In this document: one piece after another, positions 11,820 to 23,122 of the stretch
Layout: the number at the start of each line of letters is the position of its first letter
Numbering within the stretch: position 1 is the first letter of the stretch
Assembly (NCBI GenBank): GCA_003427395.1
Contig: BFEA01000015.1
Span: forward strand, 3,046,188-3,110,187
Source of the DNA: Chara braunii
Taxonomy: Eukaryota > Plantae > Charophyceae
Reading direction: 5' to 3'
Length of the DNA: 64,000 nt
The notes under the pieces: model-generated
What the model was told of the DNA's origin: nothing
Databases searched by the model: none
The model's input: the letters and a program-made list of their open reading frames with translations, nothing else
Program-made: the position numbers and the translations under genes

Positions 11820-12081
11820 GTCCTTCGGGACAATACAGAGAAGGAAGATTAGCATGGCCCCTGGGCCGTGGTCCCACTAACGAAGGGAATAGGATAGAAA
11901 TCCTGAATCTGGCTATGTTTTATGTAGAGATACAGAAAAGCAGTTCTATCTCGATTTCCTGCTCCTGTCCTCAAACACGTCCAGATTCGGGCATTCAATC
12001 CGATGCTCTCTTTGCTAATGGGACCACGGCCCTGCGCAAGGATGACACGCATAAATCGAGAAATGGTCCGAAAAAAAAAAA
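11820..12081 (+). pseudogene. U6: U6 snRNA retrocopy with poly(A) tail, internally deleted and split by a MITE
   Basis: GTCCTTCGGGAC 5' stem-loop, ATACAGAGAAG(GAAG)ATTAGCATGGCCCCTG, then the MITE, then CGCAAGGATGACACGCATAAATCGAGAAATGGTCCG and an A11 tail. Confidence 0.9.
11864..12031. mobile_element. PIF/Harbinger MITE inserted into the U6 copy, CTG TSD
   Basis: TIR GGCCGTGGTCCCAYTA; CTG duplicated at 11861-11863 and 12032-12034. Removing the MITE and one CTG restores the U6 sequence GGCCCCTGCGCAAGG. Confidence 0.9.
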
Positions 12082-13096
12082 GGAATGGCGAAACTCCAAG
12101 CAACAGAAAGACAAGGAAAGAGGAAAAGACAACGAAGGAACGACAAAAGTTTGCACGACCTATATATATATATATATGTACATCCACGTGGGCGGCCTTG
12201 TACGCAAGAGGTTCTGAACAGGGGCAGTTGTAAGGAAGAAGATAAAAAAACGAGTTCATTTTTTCTTTTTTTTCTTTTTTTTCTTTTTTTCGCTTTTGCG
12301 CTATATATATATATATATATTTTGGGAAGGAAAAAGAAAAAAAGAAAAAAAAAGTGAGCAGGAAAGAAAACAAAGGAACGGACAATGAAGTTTGGCCGCG
12401 GTTGCTCGTTTGGCGGGTCAACCTCGAAATAATTGCATGGAACGGGCTTCGAACTCGACTAGCGTCTTCCCCCGAACAGAACGCACCCAGATTATGAATG
12501 TAAACAAGCTATGTTTGCGGTCAGGTACAGCCAAAATTAGGGTGCAGCTTGTCAGTCAGGCTGTGGAGAGGAGGTGTAACAGTTTCTCTCTTTTCAATTT
12601 ATTTTGTTTTCATTCGGCTTGCGTCAGGCTCATCGTTCTTTTTTTATTTTTATTATTATTATTATTATTATTTTTTTAATCAACCTTGCATTTTTTTCAA
12701 TTATAACAGGCTCATCGTTCTCGCCATACTACTCACGAAACCAAAAATAAATGCCGCAAAAAAAAAAAAAGAAACCAAAAAAAATAAGAGTGCATCTTTC
12801 TGCAGGAGGTAGCAATATACATCGGATTCTATTTATAGTAATAACAGATGTCTCTTGCAGCTATGCACTCACGTTTTTTTTTTTTCCCGTTTCGTGAGTG
12901 TAGGCCCTATTTGCTCTTTTTTTTCTTTTCTTTAAATTCTTTTCTGTTTTCTTTTTTTTTTTTTCCCACTTTCTTTTCATGCCCATCGTTCTGCTCATGT
13001 GGACATTATTGTATAGAGGAAAAAAGAAATAAAAAGTAAAAAGTCGTATAGGTGTTTGTTCCAAACACAGGCAGCTGAAAGAAACAAAACACACAC

Positions 13097-13127
<31 letters not shown>

Positions 13128-13285
13128 GCTACACAAACGACAGCTAATTATTCAGAGCTAAATTGTTCCCTGCTATTACAGTAGAGTTCCTTGTCTGTTC
13201 CCCTGGAACAGTGGAAACGGGACTTCGGTTCCAAACAAAGTGACTGTCGTCCCAGTACCTCCTTCCCGGGTTGATATGTGAGCTA

Positions 13286-13628
13286 GGCTACCAGAGTGGC
13301 CCGGGGTCACTTGCCCGGCCGGGCCAAAAAAAAGTAAAATATATAGCCTCCTGATGAGTCGGTGAAACTCCGACGAAACAGTTTGTCACAGCCCCTCGTT
13401 TGTTGTCCTCTTCTCTCTCTCTGCCTACGGTTTACCGGGCAGTTCTGTTTGTGACGATATATACCATACCTCGTTTGTTGTCCTCTTCTCTCTCTCTGCC
13501 TACGGTTTACCGGGCAGTTCTGTTTGTGACGATATATATATATTTTATATATTATATATATATTTTTTAATTTAAATTTTATTCTAAATTTGGTGAAGAA
13601 TTTGGATGTGACCCTGAGGCAAAAGTTG
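13286..13628 (+). mobile_element. GGCTACCAG-TIR MITE (right end truncated) carrying the hammerhead-headed repeat
   Basis: Left TIR, A-run, hammerhead repeat at 13345-13535, then the CAAAAGTTGTTCAGTTTAT..TTCTGCAT interior shared with the other copies. Confidence 0.75.
13345..13535 (+). mobile_element. Hammerhead-headed repeat, 5'-truncated within stem-loop I, with a tandem second 3' module
   Basis: AGCCTC-CTGATGA-GTCGG-TGAAACT-CCGAC-GAAA-CAGTTTG, then two copies of CCTCGTTTGTTGTCCTC...GGGCAGTTCTGTTTGTGACGATATATA. Confidence 0.85.
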
Positions 13629-13842
13629 TTCAGTTTATGTTTCTGCATAGGCCCCCGGCCTCTTTCCTGTTCGAGACATGCAAGTGATGTGCAAGTGGCA
13701 AGCTTCTCAAAACAAAATACAGACTTTGATTCAAGTTCGTAAAACAGAATTATCGTACTTCTGTAATGGTTTCAAAATTGAACGAGTCCAAGTCTGGGAG
13801 CCTCATGTGGGAGTCCGGGTGACGTGCTTGGCTCGGATTTTC

Positions 13843-14185
13843 GCTGTGCGGAATTTTGCGGCGTGGGTTTTTGCCTGATGCAGATTTCTGCAGGACCTCC
13901 GAGTCTCTTTTTTCCCTCACGCGGAGTTTTGCTGCGCACTAATAGAAAACAAATCGATGCTGTGCGGAATTTCGCCGCGCCGACTTTTGCCTGACGCAGA
14001 TTTCTGCAGGACCTCCGAGTCTCTTTTTCCTGATGCAGAGTTTTTCTGCGTGCTAATAGAAAACAAATCGATGCTGTGCGGAATTTCGCCGCGCGGACTT
14101 TTGCCTGACGCAGATTTCTGCAGGAAATCCGAGTCTCTTTTTCCTAATGCGGAGTTTTGCTGCTTGCTAATAGAAAACAAATCGG
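13843..14185. repeat. ~114-bp tandem repeat, 3 copies
   Basis: GCTGTGCGGAATTT...GCAGATTTCTGCAGGA...CTAATAGAAAACAAATCG repeated three times. Confidence 0.9.
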
Positions 14186-14290
14186 TGAGGGCGCGCTTCG
14201 TTTTTGTTTTGTATTTCGATTTTTGCCTGGTGATGCCAGGCATTTCAGTCCTATATGCCAACCATCGAAGGAATCCGATGTGGTGTGTCA

Positions 14291-15120
14291 AACCACCAGT
14301 GCGCACCCAGGCATGGTGGTGCCCCACTGCGCGCCAAGCTTTGCTGAACTGCCAGTGTCACACTTCTTTTCTTTTGCGTCTTGTCACACTTCTTTTCTTT
14401 TGTGTCTGGGGCTGCCAGCCATTGTGGTCAGGCAGCCCCGAGCCCCCAAAATTTTAGGAGTGAGTCACGAAGAAGTCTTGCGAGTGGGGTCATGTACTGG
14501 TGGGTTAAACCACCAGTACTTGGCCCAGCTATCGGCCGCGGAAAAAAAATAGAGTAGAAACGTTTCTAGTCAGATGAATTTGGGTGCTCCTGTAGTAGCC
14601 TGTATGTGTCCTAAAATAGTGGCGCGTTAACGGGCACGACTCTAGGAAGTACTGCAGTGGTTTGCCGGCCATCATGTAGGAACAAAAGGAAGCAGCTGGG
14701 GCACACTTCTGTTTATTTTGTTGTTTTTTTCTTTGGTGATGCCAGTCATTTTGGTCGTATAAGCCCGTGCCACATCCACGCCCCGAAAGATGTGGCACAT
14801 TGAACCACCAGTACGTTTCCCAGCCATTTTACGCACCAGCGTACTACGTTTCTCAGCCATTTTTCTCCAGAATGTGGCGGGATGTAATGTGCCGACCTGC
14901 TGCTTCACAAAATGACTGGATGAATGTTTTGCGAATTAGTAGGCAAAATGCATTCCATGCACCACCCATGTTGCCTGGATGAATGTTTTGTGAACTGGCA
15001 GCCAGGTGTGGCACTGCATCTGGCGCTTATGCAGCCGCATCGGAGGAAAATGGCTGCTGCAGTGGGAAGCATATACTGGTGGTTTCAACGACCAGTTCGT
15101 AGGAGCCTAAGTTGGCTTCG
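14291..15120. mobile_element. Cluster of AACCACCAGT-TIR MITEs (several interior types) joined end-to-end
   Basis: TIR copies at 14292, 14496-14517, 14803 and 15075-15096. The interior of 14508-14660 recurs inverted at 22810-22945. Confidence 0.7.
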
Positions 15121-15455
15121 GATGCCCTCATTTATCTTTTAGTGGTTGGCTCTGAATCCCCTCTTTTCGCCTTGGGACTGCCTGGGACACTCTTCTCTTG
15201 GTGCACAGGATGTGGATACATTCTCGTTTGCTTGGTTGTTGGTACACTGTTGGAACAGGAAACTGACAAAAAGAAGAGGAAAAAAAGTAAATAAAAATTC
15301 CAGCGTTGTCCTGTTGCTGTTGTGATCTTGTTTTTGTGGAAAGGCTCCTTTTTCAGGTAAGGCGTATTAATTTTGGGGTATGCTTATGCTGGACCCGTCT
15401 TCCAGCAGGCGCAGCTCCCCAGCAGTAGACTGGAGCCATCGGCACTGGGCTACTA

Positions 15456-15560
15456 CCGTCTTCACCCGAATAGAATGGCCGGTCATTATAGCTGCATCGG
15501 GCCCAACTTTCAGTCCAGAAGCAGCGATAATGACCGGGCGTTCTATTTGGGTGAAGACGG
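15456..15560. mobile_element. pogo/mariner-type MITE with TA TSD; right half duplicated at ~15586-15635
   Basis: TA|CCGTCTTCACCCGAATAGAA...TTCTATTTGGGTGAAGACGG|TA. Confidence 0.8.
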
Positions 15561-18500
15561 TAGTGATAGGTGCTCATATCACCACCAGTCCAGAAGCAGC
15601 GATAATGACCGGGCGTTCTATTCGGGTGAAGACGGTAGTGATAGGTGCTCATATCACCACCATGACTATTGGGACAGGCGGATGTTGAAAAAAGAAAAGA
15701 AAAGAAAAGAACTCATATCACCACCATGACTATTGGGACAGGCGGATGTTGAAAAAAGAAAAGAAAAGAAAAGAAAAGAAAAGAATCCTTACCCTACTCC
15801 TTCGGCATCCTCTGGCAAACTTGGGACTCTTGGGTCCCAAGGCTTCTTAGGGCATTCTCAAAACCCTCATTCCAATGTGAGAAGCTTCTTTAGGAAAGTG
15901 GCTCAGGGAACCACACGGTGACATGTAGACGACTTTCTGGATAAGGCAAGCTCTAGGGCACCCTTTCGAAACTGGGGGCCGCACAGTCACGTGCTTGGCA
16001 ATGCTCTCTTTCTCTCTTTCCACAATTTTCTTCCCCCCTCCCCCCCTCTTCTTTCACCAATCTCCACCTTCTCGTTGTTTTTTTATTTAAAAAAAACAAA
16101 ACAAAACAAAAAAAACCTGATCTTGCTTCCTGTCCCCAGCAGGTCATATGAAACAAGGAGGCTGCTCGTATCACCCCCTCAAGTGACACCCTCCTGCAAA
16201 GTTAACAAAAAAAAAAAAAAAAAAGGGACCTGAGATGGCACACCCTTGCTTCCTTCCTTTATGGTCAAAGAACTGCTGAACACGATTGATTGATCCTTAC
16301 GAGGAGGATTGACTAGCGGTCAGTGTTTTCCTTCTAAGGTTTTTTGTTAGAGTCTAGCTCAACGGAAACTTTCGGAAATACCCTTAGGACCAAGAAACGG
16401 ACTTCATCTTCTCCTTTTCATTCCCTGTCATTTTGTCTTTCCTTCGTATTTTCCTATTGATATGTTGGCGGGCTCAGGAGACCTCTCGATGTCCCCTCGT
16501 TGTTAGGGTACTCGTGACCGTGCAGGCTGGAGGAGTTTTGAGGGTGGGTTTGGGAGGCTTGGGGGGGCTGGGTTGGGAGATTCGGTGGTGTTGTATAATA
16601 ACCAAACAACCCTACAAATTTGAGGGGTTGGGTAGCTTGCGGGTCCATGCGAGTATACCGTCACTCTCTTGGGTTTCAGGCTTTCAGGGAGAATTCACCA
16701 AGTATTTGATCAGGAAATAAAGACAACCCTTGCAAGGTGGGAAGGTGGCCGCGATTTCGAAGGAGGTGACCGGCTGTAGGGGGGAGAAGGATGAGATGGA
16801 GAGTTCTTTGTATTTGCTGTTATTGCCGGTGAAAGAATTTGTGGGTGGGGGGGACAGTTTTCCTTGGCCAAGGCCCACCAGCAAGTGGTCAGCTAGAATG
16901 TGATTGCATGTTAGTATGTCAGGGATACAGTCTTGTCGCGGTACATTCTCGACACTTGCAATGGCCGCTGGGGAATGCTATCTTTTTTTTTATAATAACA
17001 AGAAAAGAAAAAACATCTTGTTGGGTAGTGGGTAGGGAGCTAGACTTTTGTTGGGTAGTGGGTAGGGAGCTAGACTTGGGATTTCCCCTACTAGGGAGTG
17101 CTATCTCTTTTTGAACTTTCTGATTTCTACAAGATCCCCCCCCCAAAAAAAATAAAACACCTTCGAGTTGGTGGGTAGGGAGCTCGAGTACGAGGGCCAA
17201 GTAATGCCAGGAACGTGATCATGTAGAGCTTAGAAGCCGTGGGATTGGACAGATAAAGTAGGTAAGGCATGGGGATGTAGAATTCAACCAACCGCTTTTT
17301 TGGAGATCTCCAATGTCTGCTGTCTGCTGCAAGCCTCCATCATGGTTGACAATTGGTCTTTGCGCCAGCATCTATGATGGCTTCCATGGGTTACGTGCGT
17401 ATAGAAGGGGTTCTGCCTAGCAGCCTGGGGTGGCCAGCGAAAAAAGAATAGGAAGGGCACACTTCGCTTCGTGTAGGAATAGAATAGCATATTTTGTGAG
17501 GCTTTACACTCACTGAGGACACAATGCGCAAGGACTGAGAGCTGAAGGGACCATGAGGCCACAGCCGCTACAGCGTGATCGCCTTTCTGGCTCGTCCACG
17601 CAGGCATGGCCTTTCTGCATTGCGCCATTGTCCTCTCAAGCATTGGATTCCAATCTCGATAGCAAGAAGAACATGTTGTGCCGCCAGCCGCTGAGACCCT
17701 TTTGCGGACCTCGGAACAGATTTTTTATCATAAACCACCAGTACGTTTCCCTGCTATGGCATAAAAAATGCGGCTTGCATATCGGGCCAACTTTCGGGGC
17801 TGGGCCGCCGGAGCAAAATGGCTCGCGGCACCGGCTAAAAGGCAGCCCGCGCCCTTTTTTTTTTTTTTTTTGGCATGCAGCACGCTTCCGGCCTCGGAGG
17901 AAAAGTGTCTCGGAAGTACACTGGTGGTATACACAAATGCACATAGGCAGGCCCATACATCTTTGAAAGGCTGAGGGGTCAACCATTGCACCTTGCTAGC
18001 GGACTGNGGAAGTACACTGGTGGTATACACAAATGCACATAGGCAGGCCCATACATCTTTGAAAGGCTGAGGGGTCAACCATTGCACCTTGCTAGCGGAC
18101 TGTTTTTCTCTTTTTTTTTTTGGGGGGGGGGGGGGGGGGAGAGAAACTTTTTCAATTATGAGCTGGGAAACGGGCCCAGCGTCCCTCACATCATTGAGCC
18201 ACGGTCCACAGGGATGAGCCAGGCACTCCGGCAAGGCTTAACCCCACCGCAGCAAAAGAATCAAGAATTTTAACTTGTCTTTCTGCGGACTGGTGCTTTG
18301 TGAAACAAACTCTAATGTGCACTTTTCTTTTTTCGGTGACCTGTTGTGCATTAAAACCTGTTGCGAAACAGTCGTACACAAATTGGTTGGGCTTCACCTG
18401 TAATCTAATATAAGCTGGATGATGCTTCCAGTATCATGTTCCCACCAGGAATAATGTTGAGGTTCCCCAGCCTCTATCCTTGTAGCAGTTTTGAGATCGG

Positions 18501-20086
18501 AATTTGAGGCGGGCAGGAGGGGCGACAGTGCGCACACACATAGCAGCGGTCCGTGGGTAGTTGAGGGGATGACCAGGGCCATTGTCTCCACTTTTGCATT
18601 TCTGCAGACTCTGAGGAGGAAGGATGGGAGTGAAGGGACATAGGGGAAAGAGACCCCTTTTTCACTTTCGTTTTCTCGTATCTACGTCTGGCAGACGTGC
18701 CATATGTGACTGGATGCGGATGCACTGTGGGACGGAACATGTCTGCTTCTGCAGTTGTGTTATGTCGAAAAACGTTTTCTCTGACCAACTTGCCAGTTTT
18801 TTAGTGAAAAAAAAAGTAAAAGTATTCGGTATAAGAAGTTTTTGAGTGAGGTGTGATGGGGAAGGTTCACAAAGAGCTGGTTCTGCTTACTGGGGATCCA
18901 CACCACCAGTACCTCCTGTAAACTGAAGAGGTGGGCCAGTTTCTTATATGCTTTTTTTGATAGGACATTTGTCGTTGACGACTGTCCGAACGAACCAGTG
19001 GTCACCTCCTGCTCCTGAACTTTCAGACCCAGAGAAATTGGGGACAGACACTAACTGTCTAGAGTGACCTTTGGCGCTCCGAAAAGGCGCTCGCAGTCTT
19101 GTGCTAGATTCGGCCAGCGAAAAGGCAGTCGCAGTCTTGTGCTAGATTTGGCTAGCGGAGGCCGGAGGACAAAACAAGTTGTTGGCAAGTGCTGAGGTTA
19201 TCTGTTGAAGAGTGCTGGTTGGACAGAACAGTTAATGTATGTACTGTAGCTTGGCTGCATTTTTTTTTTNTTTTTTTTTTGTTGTTTTTCCCTTTTTCGT
19301 TTTAAAAAGGGCAACGGTCATGATATATCATCATGAATTCACATTCAATTTGGTCTCATGTACCTTCCTGGGCAAGCTTGGCGCCCGCCACCTAGAGATA
19401 TGCCGTTGGTGCCCCCGAGTGGCATTGAGCAGAGTCTGCTGATGTTCATAGGGGAAGGGGACCGGAGGGGAGGCACAGCGACGGGCCCATCGAAGAAGCT
19501 CGGTCCTGATGCTACCGGGTTACCCCTGGCCGGTATCGCCCACCTGCTGCTGTAGCAGGTATCGCACCTGCTGGTGGGTGCAGCTCCTGCATGTTCCCTC
19601 ATTGGAGGCTTGAGCANNNNNNNNNNNNNNNNNNNNNNNNNNNNNNNNNNNNNNNNNNNNNNNNNNNNNNNNNNNNNNNNNNNNNNNNNNNNNNNNNNNN
19701 NNNNNNNNNNNNNNNNNNNNNNNNNNNNNNNNNNNNNNNNNNNNNNNNNNNNNNNNNNNNNNNNNNNNNNNNNNNNNNNNNNNNNNNNNNNNNNNNNNNN
19801 NNNNNNNNNNNNNNNNNNNNNNNNNNNNNNNNNNNNNNNNNNNNNNNNNNNNNNNNNNNNNNNNNNNNNNNNNNNNNNNNNNNNNNNNNNNNNNNNNNNN
19901 NNNNNNNNNNNNNNNNNNNNNNNNNNNNNNNNNNNNNNNNNNNNNNNNNNNNNNNNNNNNNNNNNNNNNNNNNNNNNNNNNNNNNNNNNNNNNNNNNNNN
20001 NNNNNNNNNNNNNNNNNNNNNNNNNNNNNNNNNNNNNNNNNNNNNNNNNNNNNNNNNNNNNNNNNNNNNNNNNNNNNNNNNNNNNN

Positions 20087-20230
20087 ATATATTTGTGACG
20101 ATATATATATATATATTTGTGACGATATATATATTTGTGACGATATATATATATATATATCGTCACAAACAGAACTGCCCGGTAAAACCGTAGGCAGAGA
20201 GAGAGAAGAGGACAACAAACGAGGGGCTGT
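20087..20230 (-). mobile_element. 3' module of the hammerhead-headed repeat, facing reiterated TTTGTGACG(AT)n termini of opposite orientation
   Basis: 20160-20230 is the reverse complement of CAGCCCCTCGTTTG...GTGACG; 20087-20155 holds three TTTGTGACGATATAT units. Confidence 0.8.
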
Positions 20231-20320
20231 GTATATATATATATATATATATATCATCATCATTGAACCGACGCGCCCCAGGTTATTCAGAATTATTTTA
20301 GTCTGGTCATCTGATTGTAT

Positions 20321-20385
20321 CTGGATTCGAACTTGGGTCTGTATTTTAAGTTTCAACAGTTAGTGCGTGTACCAACTGAGCTAGG
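20321..20385 (-). mobile_element. tRNA-derived SINE head; family members at 7713-7769, 7943-8072, 29700-29752 and 33071-33124
   Basis: The minus strand reads TAGCTCAGTTGG (box A) ... AAGTTCGAATCC (box B), followed by a shared body ATACAATCAGATGAC. Confidence 0.7.
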
Positions 20386-21728
20386 CCCGTCGGTGCTTTG
20401 CCACATTTTTTGGCAAGGCCTGTGGTTCCGGAGCACTGGGCGACCCACCTGCTCCTCAACCTTGAGATCCAGAGAAATTGGGGGCAGACGCTAACCATCT
20501 TGAATGGCCCCTGGCACTGCGAAAAGCCGCTGATGCACAATTTGGCCAGCAGAGAAGGAGGAAAAAAAGAAAACAAGTCTCGTCAGATTCCCAACAGATC
20601 CAGAATGCTGCGAAAGGCATCAGGACAGGGGACGCAGGATTCGGGGCCTGACAGGCTGTGATAGCTTTGCGAGTTCCCACTTTATGGCTTGCCACGCTAT
20701 TCGCCTTAGGGTGTACTGGCACTTAAACCACAACTACTTCCACCAGTTGCGGCCGCGTGCTTGCTGCGACGTGCTGGCATGAGCGGGGCTGGGCCGTTGG
20801 CATACATTCATTGAAGTGGAAATGCCGTGGCACTGTAGCAATGGCTAGCAGCACGCAAGCCGTGACTTCCAGAAGTACTTACTGATGGTAATGGCTGGCA
20901 GCAGGCAAGCCGGGACTTACAGAAATACTGGTGGTTTCTGGACGTAGTTACAGTCAGATGCAGTCCTGACTGTTTCGACAGGTTTCTGGACGTAGTTACA
21001 GTCAGATACAGTCCCGACTGGCCATAATCGTGGTCAGGCATGTAGAGGAATGTCCGAGCGGGAGTATGTTACGACAGCCTCTGTTTCTTGGTCTGCCTTT
21101 GTCATTGGGAGGTAGCAACTCAGCAAGTAAGAATCTTCAGCTCTTGGCTTTTACTGAATGTGTGGATAAGGTTAGTGATGCATGGATTCTTTTTTCTTTT
21201 TTTCTTTTTTTTTTTTGTTGGGAGGAGGGAGAAGGGGGGGGGGAGATGCATGGAGTTTCAGAGGGCATGCATGCTCACACAAGTATACTTTGTCTAGGAG
21301 GCTCTGGTCCTGATTGTATTCAGAGTCATCCAGGGGGTCTGGCCGTCATTGCAGCCGGATACACTTAGAATAGTCGTAGTGTGAGCATGCCCTCGCTCAC
21401 ACATTTTGTGCCCTGAGTGAGCGAAGCGCACACTTCTGTCATGCACCTGTCCTGCTGTCGTCAGGATCTGCTCTGCACAGTTCTGCCTCAGGCTGCGCTT
21501 TCTTTTTTCTTCGAATGTCGGACATTGTTGAATTGACATGGGCTCTGCTGGTGCGTTCTGTCCATTTAGAGGTAAATGTTTGTTGTGTGAACAGTGCAGG
21601 CTGCCTGTTGTATCTCAACTTTCTCAAGGTCTTTATTCTGTCACCAAAAAAATCCATCGGGGTCTCCCCCCCCTCCCCACCCCCCGAAGCCAACAGCCTG
21701 AGGTATCGTCGGAGAATTCAGAGCAAGT

Positions 21729-21822
21729 GGCCTAGGTAGCTCAGTTAGTTTGGCACGAAGCGGTGTTCAGGAGGTCGTGGGTTCAGCTCCCACTGACAGC
21801 CTGGGGCACGCTTGGTGTCACC
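21729..21822 (+). mobile_element. tRNA-derived SINE (second family); copies at 46357-46432 and 46550-46628
   Basis: TAGCTCAGTT box A and GGGTTCA(A/G)..CCCAC box B, with a conserved tail CAC(G/A)CTTGGTG. Confidence 0.65.
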
Positions 21823-22646
21823 GTTGAATTGAAAGGATTTCGAACTCGGGTATGCTTCACACTGTTCACAGGTATTTTATGAATCCAGACTCCCTCAGGA
21901 TTCGAGCTCAGGTATGTTGATCAGCAGTTCATGCTTGGGCTTGGTGCATTGGAGAGTTTACATAACGGCTTGTAGGAGGTATTCGATGAGCTTTTACGCG
22001 ACTTTAAAGACTTGTACGAGGTGTTCGTTGAGCCAAGAGAAGGTGAGCATCTCCCTCGATAAGGATGGGAATAGCCTACAGACGATATGAACACACCGGG
22101 TTTAGGCTACTCACCCTCAGGCGGGGGAAAAAAAAAGACGTAGGAAAAAAAAAGCTTTAGACTTGTGGTTGCTGCAGGTAACATGCATGCTGGTATATGG
22201 ATGCATATTGATGCTCGCTTGTCAACGAGGCAAAAACAGTCTCTGGAAAAAAAACAAGATAAGGAATCCCAGAAAGCAATCTTCTCTTTTCCTTCCTGAC
22301 GACCACTGCCCAACTAGATTCAGTGACGTGTAAACTCCAGCTGAAGGAGCAGTGGCATGGCTTTGCTGACGTAGGCATCTGGTCTTGCTTTCCTCTGGCT
22401 TCTGACATGGATCTGAATAAATCATGTCAGTGAGGGATTAGGGCTTTTTTTGGAGGTCGGTTTGCATGCCTTCGACACTTCTCTTGGCGAGCCTGGAAAT
22501 GCTCGGCGCGCCAGGTTCGGGCCTCCATTTGGGTGGCGCCGCCAGCCATTTTGACCCCGTAGGCCGACCTGCGAAACTTGTGGTCCATTAACAGCCAGGG
22601 AAAAATGGCTGGGCGAGGTACTGGTGGTCCATTAACAGCCATTTAA

Positions 22647-23122
22647 ACCACCACTACCTCGGAGCCTTGTTTTGTTGAGGCGGAAAAGAACTGCGCGCCA
22701 AACTTTGCTGAAGAGCTAGCTCGGCCTTTTTGTTTTTTTGGGAGCACGGTAGCACTGTTCATCCGAAGAATGAGGAATGTTACATTTTCAAGCCGAAAAT
22801 TGCTGCCGCTAAAGTAGTGCCCGTTAACAAGCCACAATTTTAGGAAACGCACGGGCCACTACAGGAGCGCCCAGATTCATCCGACTAGAAACGTTTCTAC
22901 TGTATTTTTTTCCACGGCCGATAGCTGGGACAAGTACTGGTTGTTCAAACCACCAGCTGGCACGAGCCTAAATTGACAAATCCAACTTCCAAGGGTTCCG
23001 ATCCCGTGACTGCGCCTTTTCAACTTGGCCTGCCACGTTTGGTACTGGCCCAGGCCTGGATTGAAATGCTCTTACGGCCTATACCGGTAAGAGCAGTACT
23101 CCGCTTCCGGTGAACTGGCGGT
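22647..23122. mobile_element. Two AACCACCAG-TIR MITEs joined at 22936-22957
   Basis: TA-AACCACCACT start, junction ACTGGTTGTT-CA-AACCACCAGC, end ACTGGCGGTT-TA. Confidence 0.7.

Noticed and set aside
11864-12031. Possible spliceosomal intron inside a U6 gene, as known from some fungi
   Set aside because: No GT-AG ends; it has TIRs, a CTG TSD and sister copies elsewhere, so it is a MITE.
17913-18102. Exact ~95-bp direct repeat around a single N (similar cases near 38513 and 47681)
   Set aside because: Typical contig-overlap duplication at a scaffold join; likely an assembly artifact.
18860-20740. RNase H-like scraps (VVWIPSKQN; VPVHPKANSVA) and a diverged duplication 19005-19160/20445-20550
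   Set aside because: Too short and degenerate to assign to a retroelement class without a search.
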